From Antedon mediterranea (Eukaryota > Animalia > Echinodermata), in assembly GCF_964355755.1 (NCBI RefSeq), contig NC_092675.1:22044912-22108911 (forward strand): a DNA stretch of 64,000 nucleotides, in the 5' to 3' direction. Positions within the stretch are counted from its first letter, which is position 1. The number at the start of each line of letters is the position of its first letter. The translations under genes and the position numbers were made by a program. The notes below the pieces were generated by a model. The model had not been told where the DNA came from and made no database searches. It saw only the letters and a program-made list of their open reading frames with translations. Below, in pieces: positions 38,301 through 50,300 of the stretch.

Positions 38301-41300
38301 TGCCTTTACCTTCCATATTTCATACTTGTCCATAGCTTGGTCACGTAGGATCTCAACCTGTTCACGTACTTGTGTGTATTTCTCACGGATGAATGGTTCT
38401 TGTTCTTTCACCCATTCAACAACAATTGGATAAGTCTCGTTGATGTATTCACGGGTTATAATGTAGTACTCGACAACCTGGTTAATGACTTCTTCAGTCT
38501 TGTTTTGTACCATATCAACCATTTCCCATTGTTTGTTGGTAAGTGTCGGTGGTTGATAGAAGCTGGTGTAGTTAAATGGATGAGAAATGTTCATGGCAAA
38601 GCTGCTTTCTCCTACTTGTCCAATACTATTGAGGCTATAGCCGACTGCAGAGCGTGACATGTTCAAACTGTAGTTGATTGCAGAACGTGTGAGGTTAAGT
38701 GTGAGTTGTGGAGTTAGACGGATCAGAACAGGAATCTGTTCCATCTTCATTTGAGCGGCATCAATGGCACTATCCCAAACACGACGTGGAATTTGATCAA
38801 TTTCATAGTATCTGTAGATCCATCCTAAAAAATAAAATATAAATTTAATTGATTAATAGAAGGATAGTTTAATTATTAGTTGCTAAATAATTTTTTTTTA
38901 AATGTATTACAAAATATATAATAGTAAAGCGTTAATACCTGGCATAGTGTTGTTGAGGTACTCAATGCATGCTTCTACAAACTCTCTAGTCATTCTGATA
39001 ACTTCCTGAGCAGATCTGATAGCTCTAGAATTTATAGCATATGTAGCATTTAAATATTCACGTGTCTTCTCCACAAACTTGCGGGTAAGTTCTAAAACTC
39101 TGTTATTTTCAAGAATTTCCCATGTCTTCTTTGATACCTCATCCTTCATTTCCTCAAGTCTGTTGACAAGTGGCTGGATTCTGTCTTGATTGAACTCTTC
39201 AAGTTTGTTGATGATTGGTTGTACTTTATCCTCAATGTATTGTCGGGCATCTTCTCTCAGTTTCATGATGTTTTCTTCGGTGAGGTTTTCTTCATAGAAT
39301 TCCTTAACCTTAGTTGTCAGCTCATCAACCTTGACCTTCAGTTTCTCAGCAACCTCTTCAACATATTCCATGGTTTCCCTGACAGATGTGTTGAGTGGTT
39401 GAGTTTTAAACTTCTCTATAAGATCAGTCAATTTTTCTTTCAGCTCAATAGTCTGGTTGCGTACATTGTCATAGTAGTTACGGACTTCTATCTTCAATTT
39501 TTCATACAATTCTGGAAGTTTGACTCGAAGTTCATCGTATTTCTCAATTGCCTTGACAGAATATTCATCATACAGCTCAACTGCCTTAATTTTGTACTCC
39601 TCATACTTCTCAATTGTCAATTCTCTGTATTCTACAAACTTTACCTTGGCATCATCATATAACTCCATTGCTTTTTCACGCACCTGTTCGACAAGTTTGG
39701 TAAAGTTTTTGATGGCTTCCTTCACAAGCTACAAAATAGATTAAAAAAATTTAACCTACATTGAAATATTACTTGAATATAAAAAATAAGTTTAAAAACA
39801 TATTATAAAATGTGAGATCGTGGGAAAGAAACTATATTTATTGTCAGACTACAGTACAATTAAAACCAACTTACTTCATTGGCATTGCGGCCAGTGTACT
39901 TCAAAGCATACTTGTTGATAACATGTGTCTCATTCAATGAGATGATGACGATCTCATCAATAATCTTGTCTAAAGCTTCATAAGCCTTGACCTTGTAGAT
40001 GTCAAGTTTCACCATAGCCTCAGCATATTTTTCTTTGTATATAGCTACAAGTTCTTCAACTATTGTGTAGACTGTGCGGTTTAGGTATTTCAGAGTGAGT
40101 TTGTTAATAGCGTTAGATTCGTTCTTGGACATTACAACAACCTGTTCGACCATATCATCATATTTCACCTTGGCTTCTTCCATGACAATTTCAAGTTTCT
40201 CCATTATTTTTTCGAGGATGGCTTCAACTTCAACTAGAGCAGAATCTGACAGATTTCGAAGTTCAGATGGTAGTTTGTCTACAAACACCCTGACATTTTC
40301 TACGAAGACCTCTCTGTCAAAATCGTTGTACATTTCAATTGCCTTATCCTTGTAATCAGCATAGTCAACTTTGGCTTGATTATAAACCTCAATGGATTTC
40401 TCAGTTATTTCTGTAATGAGTTTTACAAGCTTCTCCGTGACTTCGACGACAACCTAAAGACAGTGTAGAAAAATACATTTTTGAGAAAATTCCTATCATA
40501 AATTTCAAAAGTGAAACGTCATTTTAATCACACTAAATAATTTAAGATGACTGGAGACCAACAAAGATGTAACTAGTTTATCTAGTAAAAAAGGTATCTT
40601 TGAAAATTATTTAGGAAAAAAGATAAAATGCTCACAGTGTTGATGTTGCTGCCCATGTATTTGATTACAAATTTGTTGATAGCATTCTCGTCTTCAAGTG
40701 AAATACGGATTATTTCTTCAATAGCTTTTGCCATGAATATTTCTGCCTTTTCTCTGTATGCTTCAAGTTTCACCAGAAGTGCTTTGTATTGGATCTTGGA
40801 GATGCTGAGAATGTCTTGAGCGATTTCATAGATGGTGTTATTGAAAAGTCTGAGGGTAAACCTGTTGACAGTATTGGATTTGTCTTGGGACATCTTGGTA
40901 ATGCGATCAATTGCTTTCTCAAGAGCCTTGGTAACTTGTTTTTTTGTTTTCTCAGTAACATCTTTGACCAACTTTTTGACAAATTCAATTGCAACCTTTG
41001 TCTTCTCTATAACCTTTTCAGATAATTCTGTAAACTTAAGAGAAAGTTTTTCTGCAATCTCTCTGACAAATAATTCAAAGGCTTCTCGGTCTGACTCATC
41101 ATACATCCTCTTCAATTCGGCCATGGTTTCTTTCAGTTCAGCAAACTTCTCTTTCAATTGAACCTTGTAAACCTCAATCTTCTCTTCAACTTTAACTTTC
41201 AGGGAAGCTGTGAAGTCTGTGATCTTCTTTTTCAATACCTTCAGAGTTTTCTCTACCTTTGCCCATTTAAGTGCAGCCTTTTCCATGAATTTTTTAACAG

Positions 41301-44300
41301 AAACTTTTGAAATTTCAAGTATCTCATAAATGGATTTGTTAAAATACCTGAAAAACAAAATTAAAGTAATAACTATAAATAATATTGTTATTTAAAGAAA
41401 CAATATGTTATTATTACTTACGAATGGTTTTTGACATCCTAAGAATCTTTTTACTAAAGTACATTAATAATACAGTACTTCTTTATGAAATGTAATATAC
41501 ATCATAATAAACCATTGGCATTTTAATTTTTAGTACACATTCAATAAGAGCCCACTCTTTGAAACTACAGTCATTGACAAATCGATTTGTCAAGATATAC
41601 AGAGTATTCTGGTACTCTGATAGAGAAACTATAAAATAAATAATTGCTTACTTCATGGTAAGACGGTTGATTGGATGTTCTTTGTTCTTGATGATTTCTT
41701 CGATCTTTACAACTAGTTCATCAAACTTGATTTTAAGCTCATCATATTTTTCAATTGCTTTCACCTTCATGTCATTGTATCTTACTTTAAGCTCTTCATA
41801 TTTTGCTTTGAGGTCTGCCTTCAATTGGTTGTATTCCTCTACTGTTCTCAGCCACAGTGCATCATAGTCATATTCTTTAGCTTTCCTCCACTGCTCAACA
41901 GCATATTCCTTTGACTTGACAATAGCTTTTTCGATTTCTTCACGAATAAACTCCATATATTCAGCTGTAATAACATCTAGGTTTATGTAAGTGTCATTAA
42001 TCTTTCTTATTTGGTCATTCATGTAGATTCTTGTGACATTAACAACATGCTGAGTGTAGTTCCTGGTCTGGTTGACAGCTGTCATTGTGAGGTTGACAGT
42101 AGTGGCAATGAGTTTGTTGGTAAGGTTGAAAGCACCATCAATCAAAGCTGGGTTCCAGCTGAAGTTGCTGTAGATGACATTGCTCTCGTTCAACATCAGA
42201 AGCCATTGTAAGTCTGTTACATTCAATCTATCAGCCTAAGTATAATAAAATCAAATTATTAACATATATTAATAATGACTTTTTATTTGGCAATATTTAA
42301 TTCCATGTTAACATGTTATGTCTATTGATGATTATTTTACATAGAGGTTTCTCATAACCTGAAATAATAATTAGTACATAGATTTCCTAATTCTATAATA
42401 AAGTAGTAACACATTAAACCATGTGATATGCTACTTACAGCTGTCATGTGATACACAGACATGTTCATCAACTTTCCATCATCGCTGATCTTTCCAAGGA
42501 AGCACAATGATCCATGATTTGGTGATGCTACTTTGAAATGTACAGATTGGATGTCACTGGTTTGAAGAAGAGCAATTGAAGCAACAGGGCTGGAAATATT
42601 TGCTGACATTCTCTGTTGGTAGACAGTCCATTTTGTCATATGTACACTGCTGTTTGTGGTAATGTTGATCATTCTTGTGGCAACAGTAAAGTTGTGGCCA
42701 GTTTCAATTTGACTGAAGTTTCTCCAGGAACTGAAGTTGAAAAGATCCATCACAGTTTCTAGAGTACTGTTGACAACTGGAGTTGTGAAGTTGTATGACA
42801 TTTTTGCATTCACGTTTGAGAAATTGAAGAGAGAAGTGAAATTCTTCAAAGTGAAACCAGAACTGGTAGTCAGATTGGCCAATTTGCTTGTGACATTGTT
42901 TCTCATTGTACCATTGATCAGTCTGAATTTGAGAATGCTACCGTTGAAGTTATTGAAAGCCAATCCACTGAAATGGTCGAACCTTGCAATGTCAGAAGAC
43001 AAGTTGACGGTTGCATTGACATTGATAAGATCGAAGTTCAACAAGCCAGTAAAGTTGTTAAATTCTACAGCACTGATGAAGGAAGCGTTTGTGAATGGAG
43101 TTGCAATTCTGTAGTCCATGGTTGTATTAATTCTATTGAATTTGAACATACATAAAAAGTCATTCATTTCAATTCCGTCAGTCAAGTTGACTGTAACAAG
43201 TGGACTGGTCAGGTTGTATTGTCTGGTAAAGTTAATTCTTGAGAATTTAAAGAGTCGTGACATGTCTTGGATAGCAAATCTTTCTAGACTCGTAAGGTTG
43301 ACATATTTGTTGGTAAAGTTGAACTTGCTTGATGTGTTGAAACGCTCAAATTTCAAGAACTCAACAGATTTGGTCATTGTCAGGCCTATTTCTTGGTTGA
43401 CAGCAGCAAATGGAGTGGTAAGGTTGTTTTGGGTATCCATGCAAACACGATCAAACTTGAATGGCGCTCGGAAGTCATGGAGACCACCACGGGTAAGAGA
43501 AGTGAATGTTCCTAGTTTTGATGTTGTGTTGTAAAAAACTGAAGCATTAGCCTTGTTGAAATCAAAGAGTTTACGGAAGTCAAAAAGCATAAATTCTGCT
43601 CTACCGGTGCTGTTCATGAACGAACATTTATCCCAAACGATGCTGGAAACTCCATTGACCTTATCAAAGTTGAAAATGTTTCTGAAGTTGACAAAATCTG
43701 TTATAGCTTCAGTAGATACAACAAACACAGGAAGAGATACATTCATGGTCACAGTGGTATTCATGCGGTTGAATTTAAAGAAGCCTTCAGAGCCAGTTCT
43801 ACTCCAGCCAGCAAAGGTTGTTACATTGCCAAGACGAGAAGTAATGTTATTTGAGGTAGTTGCTCTGGCTTCTGGGAATGAACATAGTGATTTGAAATCT
43901 TTAAGAATAATTACACTTTCAGAGGATGTATTAATCAGTGGTGTGATGATTCTTTGTTTCATGGTTCCATTCACCTTTTTAAACTTGAAGATTTTTTCAA
44001 ACTCTTCGAACTGCATAACAGCTTCTGAGGTGACATTCATTAAAGATGATCTGAGTTTGTTGAGAGTTCCCACTTTAGCTCCATCAAATTCAAAGAGACA
44101 TTTGTGTTCATTAATAGCCATAGAGTTGTTGGATGTAACATTCATCAATTTGGAAGTAACACCAATGTTTGCCTTAGTAAGGAATTTCTTGAAGTTGAAT
44201 AAAGATGTTGAAAGTGTTCTCTTCATTAAGACATCTGATTCCATTACAACCATGTTATATAAATTCAATTTGTTAGAAGTTGTAACATTTCCTTCATCGA

Positions 44301-47300
44301 ATACAAACAGTGCAGGATGATTGACCATCATCATAGAGCTGTTGGAAGATGCATTTACAATCCACGAGTCAATGCTAAAATTACTGGCACCAGCAATTCT
44401 GTTGAAGTTAACCAAAGATCTAAATTGATCAAGTCCAAGGAACATGCTTGAGTTAAAATTAGTTGAAAGTACCTTAACGCCGGTGTCAGTGTTGATGGTT
44501 ATGTTATCAAAGGTAAACAATCCACGGTTTTGGTTAACAACAAAGGTGTTGTTGGTAGTTGCATTAAATATTTTGGATGCAAGAGTGAAGTTACCAGAAA
44601 TAACAGATTTGTTGAAGGAGAGCATTGAACGGAAGTTTTCAAGTCGTACAAGACCAACAGTTGTCAAGTTGGTGGACATCATTGTCAGCTTGTTGTCACT
44701 TATTGCACTTATTTCTGCAAACTTAAAAAGACACTTGTGGTTGTTGATAATCATTGAGTTGTTCATGCTAGCATTGACAAATCGTGAATCAAGATGTTGA
44801 CTGGAAAGTCCGCTAATAATGTCAAAGTTAAAAATTGACCTGATGTTCTTGACCTTTAGAGCCATTTCAGATGTGAGATTTGCCAGGGTAGCATTGACTG
44901 AATTCAATGAGGTTGTGTTTGCCTCGGAGAAATTGAATAGAGATGTAAAGTTGTTTAAGAACACATTGCTGTTAGATGTAACATTTACCAATGTACTATT
45001 GAATCGGTGGACAGCACTGCCATTTACTTTACTAAAGTTAAAGATTGAGGTAAAGTTTTGCATTTTTAGAACAACTTCAGATGTTACGGATGCTAAGCAT
45101 GATTTAACGTTGTTGGTAGTTGTGCCATTAATTTCTTCAAATCTGAACAATCGTGTGTGGTTGTTGATTAGACCAGAGCTGTTAGAGGTAGCGTTTAACC
45201 ATTTGGAGCTAAATGTGTGTTCCATGTTACCTTCGATCTTTGTAAAGTTAAAGATAGATCTAAAGTTTTGCAGGCGAACCAGAATAGTTGATGTTAAGTT
45301 GGTCAATGGAGAACGTACAATATTGGTAGTTGTTGCATTCATTTGCTCAAATTTAAATAAGCATTTGTGGTTGTTGATTATACCAGAGCTGTTTGAGGTA
45401 GCATTCAAAAATCTTGATGTCAGGTTATGAACCATGGTTCCATTTACTTTATCAAAGCTGAAGATGGATCTGAATTTTTGGAGACGCAGAATCACATCAG
45501 ATGTCAGGTTAGTGAATGGAGATCTAACATATTGTCTTGTTGTTGCATTAAATTCGTCAAACTTGAAAAGGCAGTCATGATTGCTAATGAGAGCAGAACT
45601 TTCAGAGCTAACATTCATATATTTGATAGAAGCATTAGTTTTCATCCATCCGGCCATCTTTCTGAAGTTAAAGAGGGAAGTGAATTCTCTAAAGTTTACA
45701 CATGCATTTGAAGTCAGATTGGCAACCTGAGATGTCATGTTATTAAGACTGGTAAAATTTGCCTCAGTAAACGTGACTGGAGAGGTAAAGTTGTGCATTA
45801 CCATGCCACTGACAGATGTAGCATTAAACCATCTTGAAAGAACTTTGTGGGCCATTGATGAATTTACTTTTCCAAAGTTGAACAATGAAGAGAAGTTTTT
45901 AAAAGCAATTAGCATTTCAGAGTCAACATTCATTAAATTAGACACTAATTTGTTTGATGTTGTTGCATTAACCTCGTCAAAGACCAATGGTGATGTCATG
46001 TTGCTTAAAACCACAGAACTATTTGAAGAACCATTTACATATCCAGTACTAAGGACATTAGTCATGTTTCCACTTATCAAATTGAAATTGGTAGCAGATC
46101 GGAATTCTTTCATTAGTAATGCAATGTCGGATGTCATATTTGTCATTCGTGAAGTGAAGTTGTTCTTGGTGGTTGCGTTTACTTTTTCAAATGCAAATAG
46201 ACTGGTGAAGTTAACCATGCTAAGTCGACTGCTTGAATTGAAGTTACCAATGGAGGAATTGACTAGGTGTTTCATGTTTCCATCAACCAAGTTAAAGTTA
46301 GACATTGATCTGAAGTCCTTCATGAGCAGGGCCATGTTGGAACTGGCATTGACGAGAACAGCAGCAATTGTATTGTTGGTGGTAACATTTAATTGTTTAA
46401 ACTTCCATATGTTCGTGGATTCGCTCAATGCAACCTGGCTGATAGAGGTAAGATTGGCTAATTTAGAAACCACAGTATGGTTCATTGTACCATTAAGAAG
46501 TCTGAAACTGAACATGGACTTGACATCCTGCATAGACAACCCGATTTCAGAAGTAGCATTTACCAATTTAGATGACACAATACTGACGGTGGTAGCATTG
46601 GCCTCATTCAAACTAAGTCTATCAACAGAGGAAGATAGAACAGCTAGGCTTCTAGATGAGGCATTACCAATACAAGTTGATATGTTGTGGTTCATCAAAC
46701 CTTTAACCAATTCAAAGTTAAAAGCAGAGAGGAAGTTTTGTAGGACGATTTCTGCATCAGAAGTCAAATTTGCCTTTTTGGAGATCAGTCGGTTTGCAGT
46801 AGAAACGTTTACTTTAACAAACTTTGACAAAGATGAAAAGTTGTCCAAATTCATCATAGATACCGATGAAGCATTAGCCATTGTGGAGTTCATGATGTGC
46901 ACCATTCTTCCAGTAAAGTTGTTGAAGTTGAAGATTGAACTGAAGGTGTCCAGTAAGACAGACATCTCAGAAGTCAAGTTGCCAACTGAAGAATTAATGG
47001 TATGCCTTAGAGCACCATCAACCATCTCAAATTGGAAGGGGGAGATAAAGTTCTTAAGATTCGCAGAGCTGTTGAGCTGAGCACCAATGACTGGAGATGT
47101 GATATTGTACTTCAGGCTTCCGTTTACAGTCTTGAAACTCCATAGGTTGGTCATTTTCTCGATGTTAAAGGTACCGTTGAGACTGGCATTTGACTTTGAT
47201 GATTGGACAGCCATGTGGGAAGCACTCTTAAGGCCGATTTCCATTGGTGCACTCTTGAACAGAACAAAAGATCCATTTCCTTGCATAAAGTGAAGTGGAC

Positions 47301-50300
47301 TCTTGCTTTCAGAAGCAAAAATGGTGTGGAAACATGTTTTGTTCATACCAAGATTGGTGAAAAGGTTTGCTCCAAGACCATATTCCTCGTGTGTTAAATT
47401 GACCTTAACTGTATCATTTAAGCCAAAGATTCCGAATCCCATCTTATGTTCTAAAGTCAGGTTGCCAACACGTGGTGAGCTCATGTTTATGGCATTTGTC
47501 AGATTGAAGCTGGATGTAATCAGTTTGCTGGATACTTCTTTGGTTTCTTCATAGAGGGCTCTGAATTGTTTGGCAAGGGCCTTCTTGTACATTGACTTGG
47601 CGCGGATCTGAACAGCCTCCCATGAAAGGTCGACGATTGGTCCTTGTTTCCTCAGAATATGACTGCCATTGATCTGCATCATCTTAGTCCAGAGAGAAGC
47701 ATTCAAGGAAATGTATTCTGGCTTCAGTTCAAAATGACCTATATAATTAAAAAAAAAACAATAGAAAGACAACAATCAAAATGTGTACGCATAACATATA
47801 AGATAGTCTAACAAAGTCTGCATACCTCAACCAAAATACAAACATGTTTCACTTTGATTTAAAGTAATGTATCATCCCGAGGAATGTGAAGTGAGGTAAG
47901 AATATGACACCTACTATGAAATGGCGGAAATTATGTCTTTTTTGGATAATCTGTAATTAAACAATATACTGAATAAAATATATGAGTGTGCCTACCAAAT
48001 ACTGTGTGATTAAGGAAGTTGTTTAGTGTGTTGTTAACTGTATCATTGAAGATAAACTGGAATCCTCCATCATTTTTGAATTGCACATGATCATAGCTTA
48101 TGTTTAAGACTGGTGTTGCAACCTTGGTGTTCCAAGTTAAGTTAGAAGACATAGGCATCCATGTAGCAAGAGTATCAAAGCCCCATGATTGCATTCTCTT
48201 TTGGTCAACAACTGTTAGATTATGGCCGACTGTAACTCCATCCTGTCCTTTAACAACTGCTGCTAAATAGCTACTGTTAAACTGAAATTAAAATAATAGC
48301 GAAAACTTCTAATAGTCGAATAGATTATCAATCATAAATGATTTAATCTATTCATTATTAATCAATAACATAAAAGATTTCTGATAAATAATACACACCT
48401 TTAGGCATGGCACAGATGCATTGAACTGTCCCCAATAGCTGTGTTCATTGTCTTCATAGATAGAATCATTAGCAATCTTGGCAATAAAGCTCACACTGCT
48501 TTGTTCTTTAAGGTTCAGCATATTTGGATAGGTTACGTTCAGATAACCAAGTAGACGAAGTGGTTTGATATCCTCCTCCATGGTAGCAGTCTCATTTCTT
48601 AGGCTTACGGTAATAGTTGTGTTCATGAATGAAGGTATCATCTCGTATAAAGCATCACCATAATAATCTAAAAACATTTAAAATAAAATATGACAATTAA
48701 AATTAACTGATTGATTAGACCTGATACCTGAAAAAAGGGCTTTCGATGTAAAAAAAAATATAAGTAACAAATAAAACAACATCATGAAAAACATGGGAAA
48801 AAACATAATATTCAAACTTACCAAATGTACCTGGGAAGCCTATCAAACTATCAAACTGTGGCAGGACAACTTTAGCAACGCTGTAGTACACAAATCGAAC
48901 TGTGTGGTTATATTCTCCGCGAATACGAGTGATGTCATGTATGGCGGCAACGTATCGTTCATGTCGAGAGGCATTCAAGGTGATTTCATATTTTTCCGTA
49001 TCAACTACAGATTGGTTCAACATTTGTACAGTGAAGTTCACAATTGGGAAAACCTATAAAATAAAAACAAGTGTTATGTATTTTGTCATATTAAGAATTC
49101 TAGTTATATGCAAAAATAGGGATTTAAATTCTACGATTAAATAAAACTTTAAAAACTGTACATTTTTAGATTTTTTACATTAAGAAATCTTCTAAAACCA
49201 TCATTCAGACAGCTAAATTTCTCTCTAGATTCTTCAGACTCTATTTTATGTTTATGTTTAAGTTATTCCCCAATTGTTTGCTTAGGTCTAGGCAGTGGCA
49301 CTGTGTCTTTCTGTTATTGCCTATGAAATACAAAAGTAGCTTTTGAACATATTTATATATTTTACTTACCAAGTTATCATTAGAAAAGCTGACGTTAAGG
49401 GTGTTGACATTGCTCATTGGCTTTATTGTGTGAGTGTTGGTGAGGGTCAGGTTCTGTCTGTACAGACTGGTTTCAAAAACACGTTCTCTCCTGTTACAGT
49501 CAACCTCTGAACACTCGCGCTCCTGGCTCTTGACAAGAATGTATGCAGTCTTGAATTTATCTGCTTTGATCTTGTAATCGTTGAATGGCCACATGATCTG
49601 TTTGTACAATGGTGTCTCATCATCCCTAATAAAGATATATGAAATATAATTATCAAATACAGTGCGATTGAAGAAATTGTTTAAAGTGTTGTTACCTGTA
49701 TCAATGAAGCCAATAATACAACAGCTATCAATTATTTAGGAGCTTTACATTGAATATAATAAATATGGACATTCTTTGCACTTAGTGACAATATGAAGTG
49801 TATTTGTCAAACTTACCAATAATAGGTTTCATTGAGGCTAGCGATCCAGTTTCCTGACATGTTAAGGTACTGGGCGTAGTAGTTGTGGCGCCAGTCCATG
49901 ATGTTTGTACTCAAGATTACAGAGCAGTTGGTTAACGATTCGGTATATTCGCTCATCAGTGTCATTGATGTTGATGCATTGTATATCTCTGCAGCAGAGA
50001 TGTTGTAAGTCAAATGGTAACCCATTCTGTTCTTCTCACTGTCGGTCAGGTTTAGTAGTCCAGCATATATGCGGAAGGCCTTTACCTCTGGGATAGTGAA
50101 GTTCCATTGGACCTCAGTCTTCTGGTAGTCAACGATCAAAAGAGATGAAATGTTGCGTACCAGTTCTTTTCCTGGGGCGGAGAAGTTGAAGTGAACAATA
50201 TCTCTAAGCAGTCTTGGTTTCATTGCAGCTTTACCAATTGAAGTAAATGATTTCTTAGCTGTTGGTGTTCTCTCCCTTCTCAAAGATGCTTCTAGAGTGA

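Noticed and set aside
37690-42211. + strand Ser/Phe/Ile-rich ORFs that look hydrophobic
   Set aside because: Antisense translations of Glu/Lys-rich helical exons of the - strand gene.
42737-47554. Long + strand ORFs (up to 447 aa at 45737-47080) antisense to the giant exon
   Set aside because: Shadow ORFs from codon bias of the repeat-rich sense frame; L/V/K-rich, with no domain or splice support.
42439-47738. APOB-style C-to-U editing producing a short isoform
   Set aside because: I noticed no mooring-like sequence by eye, and APOBEC1-type editing of apoB is a mammalian trait. Not supportable from sequence.
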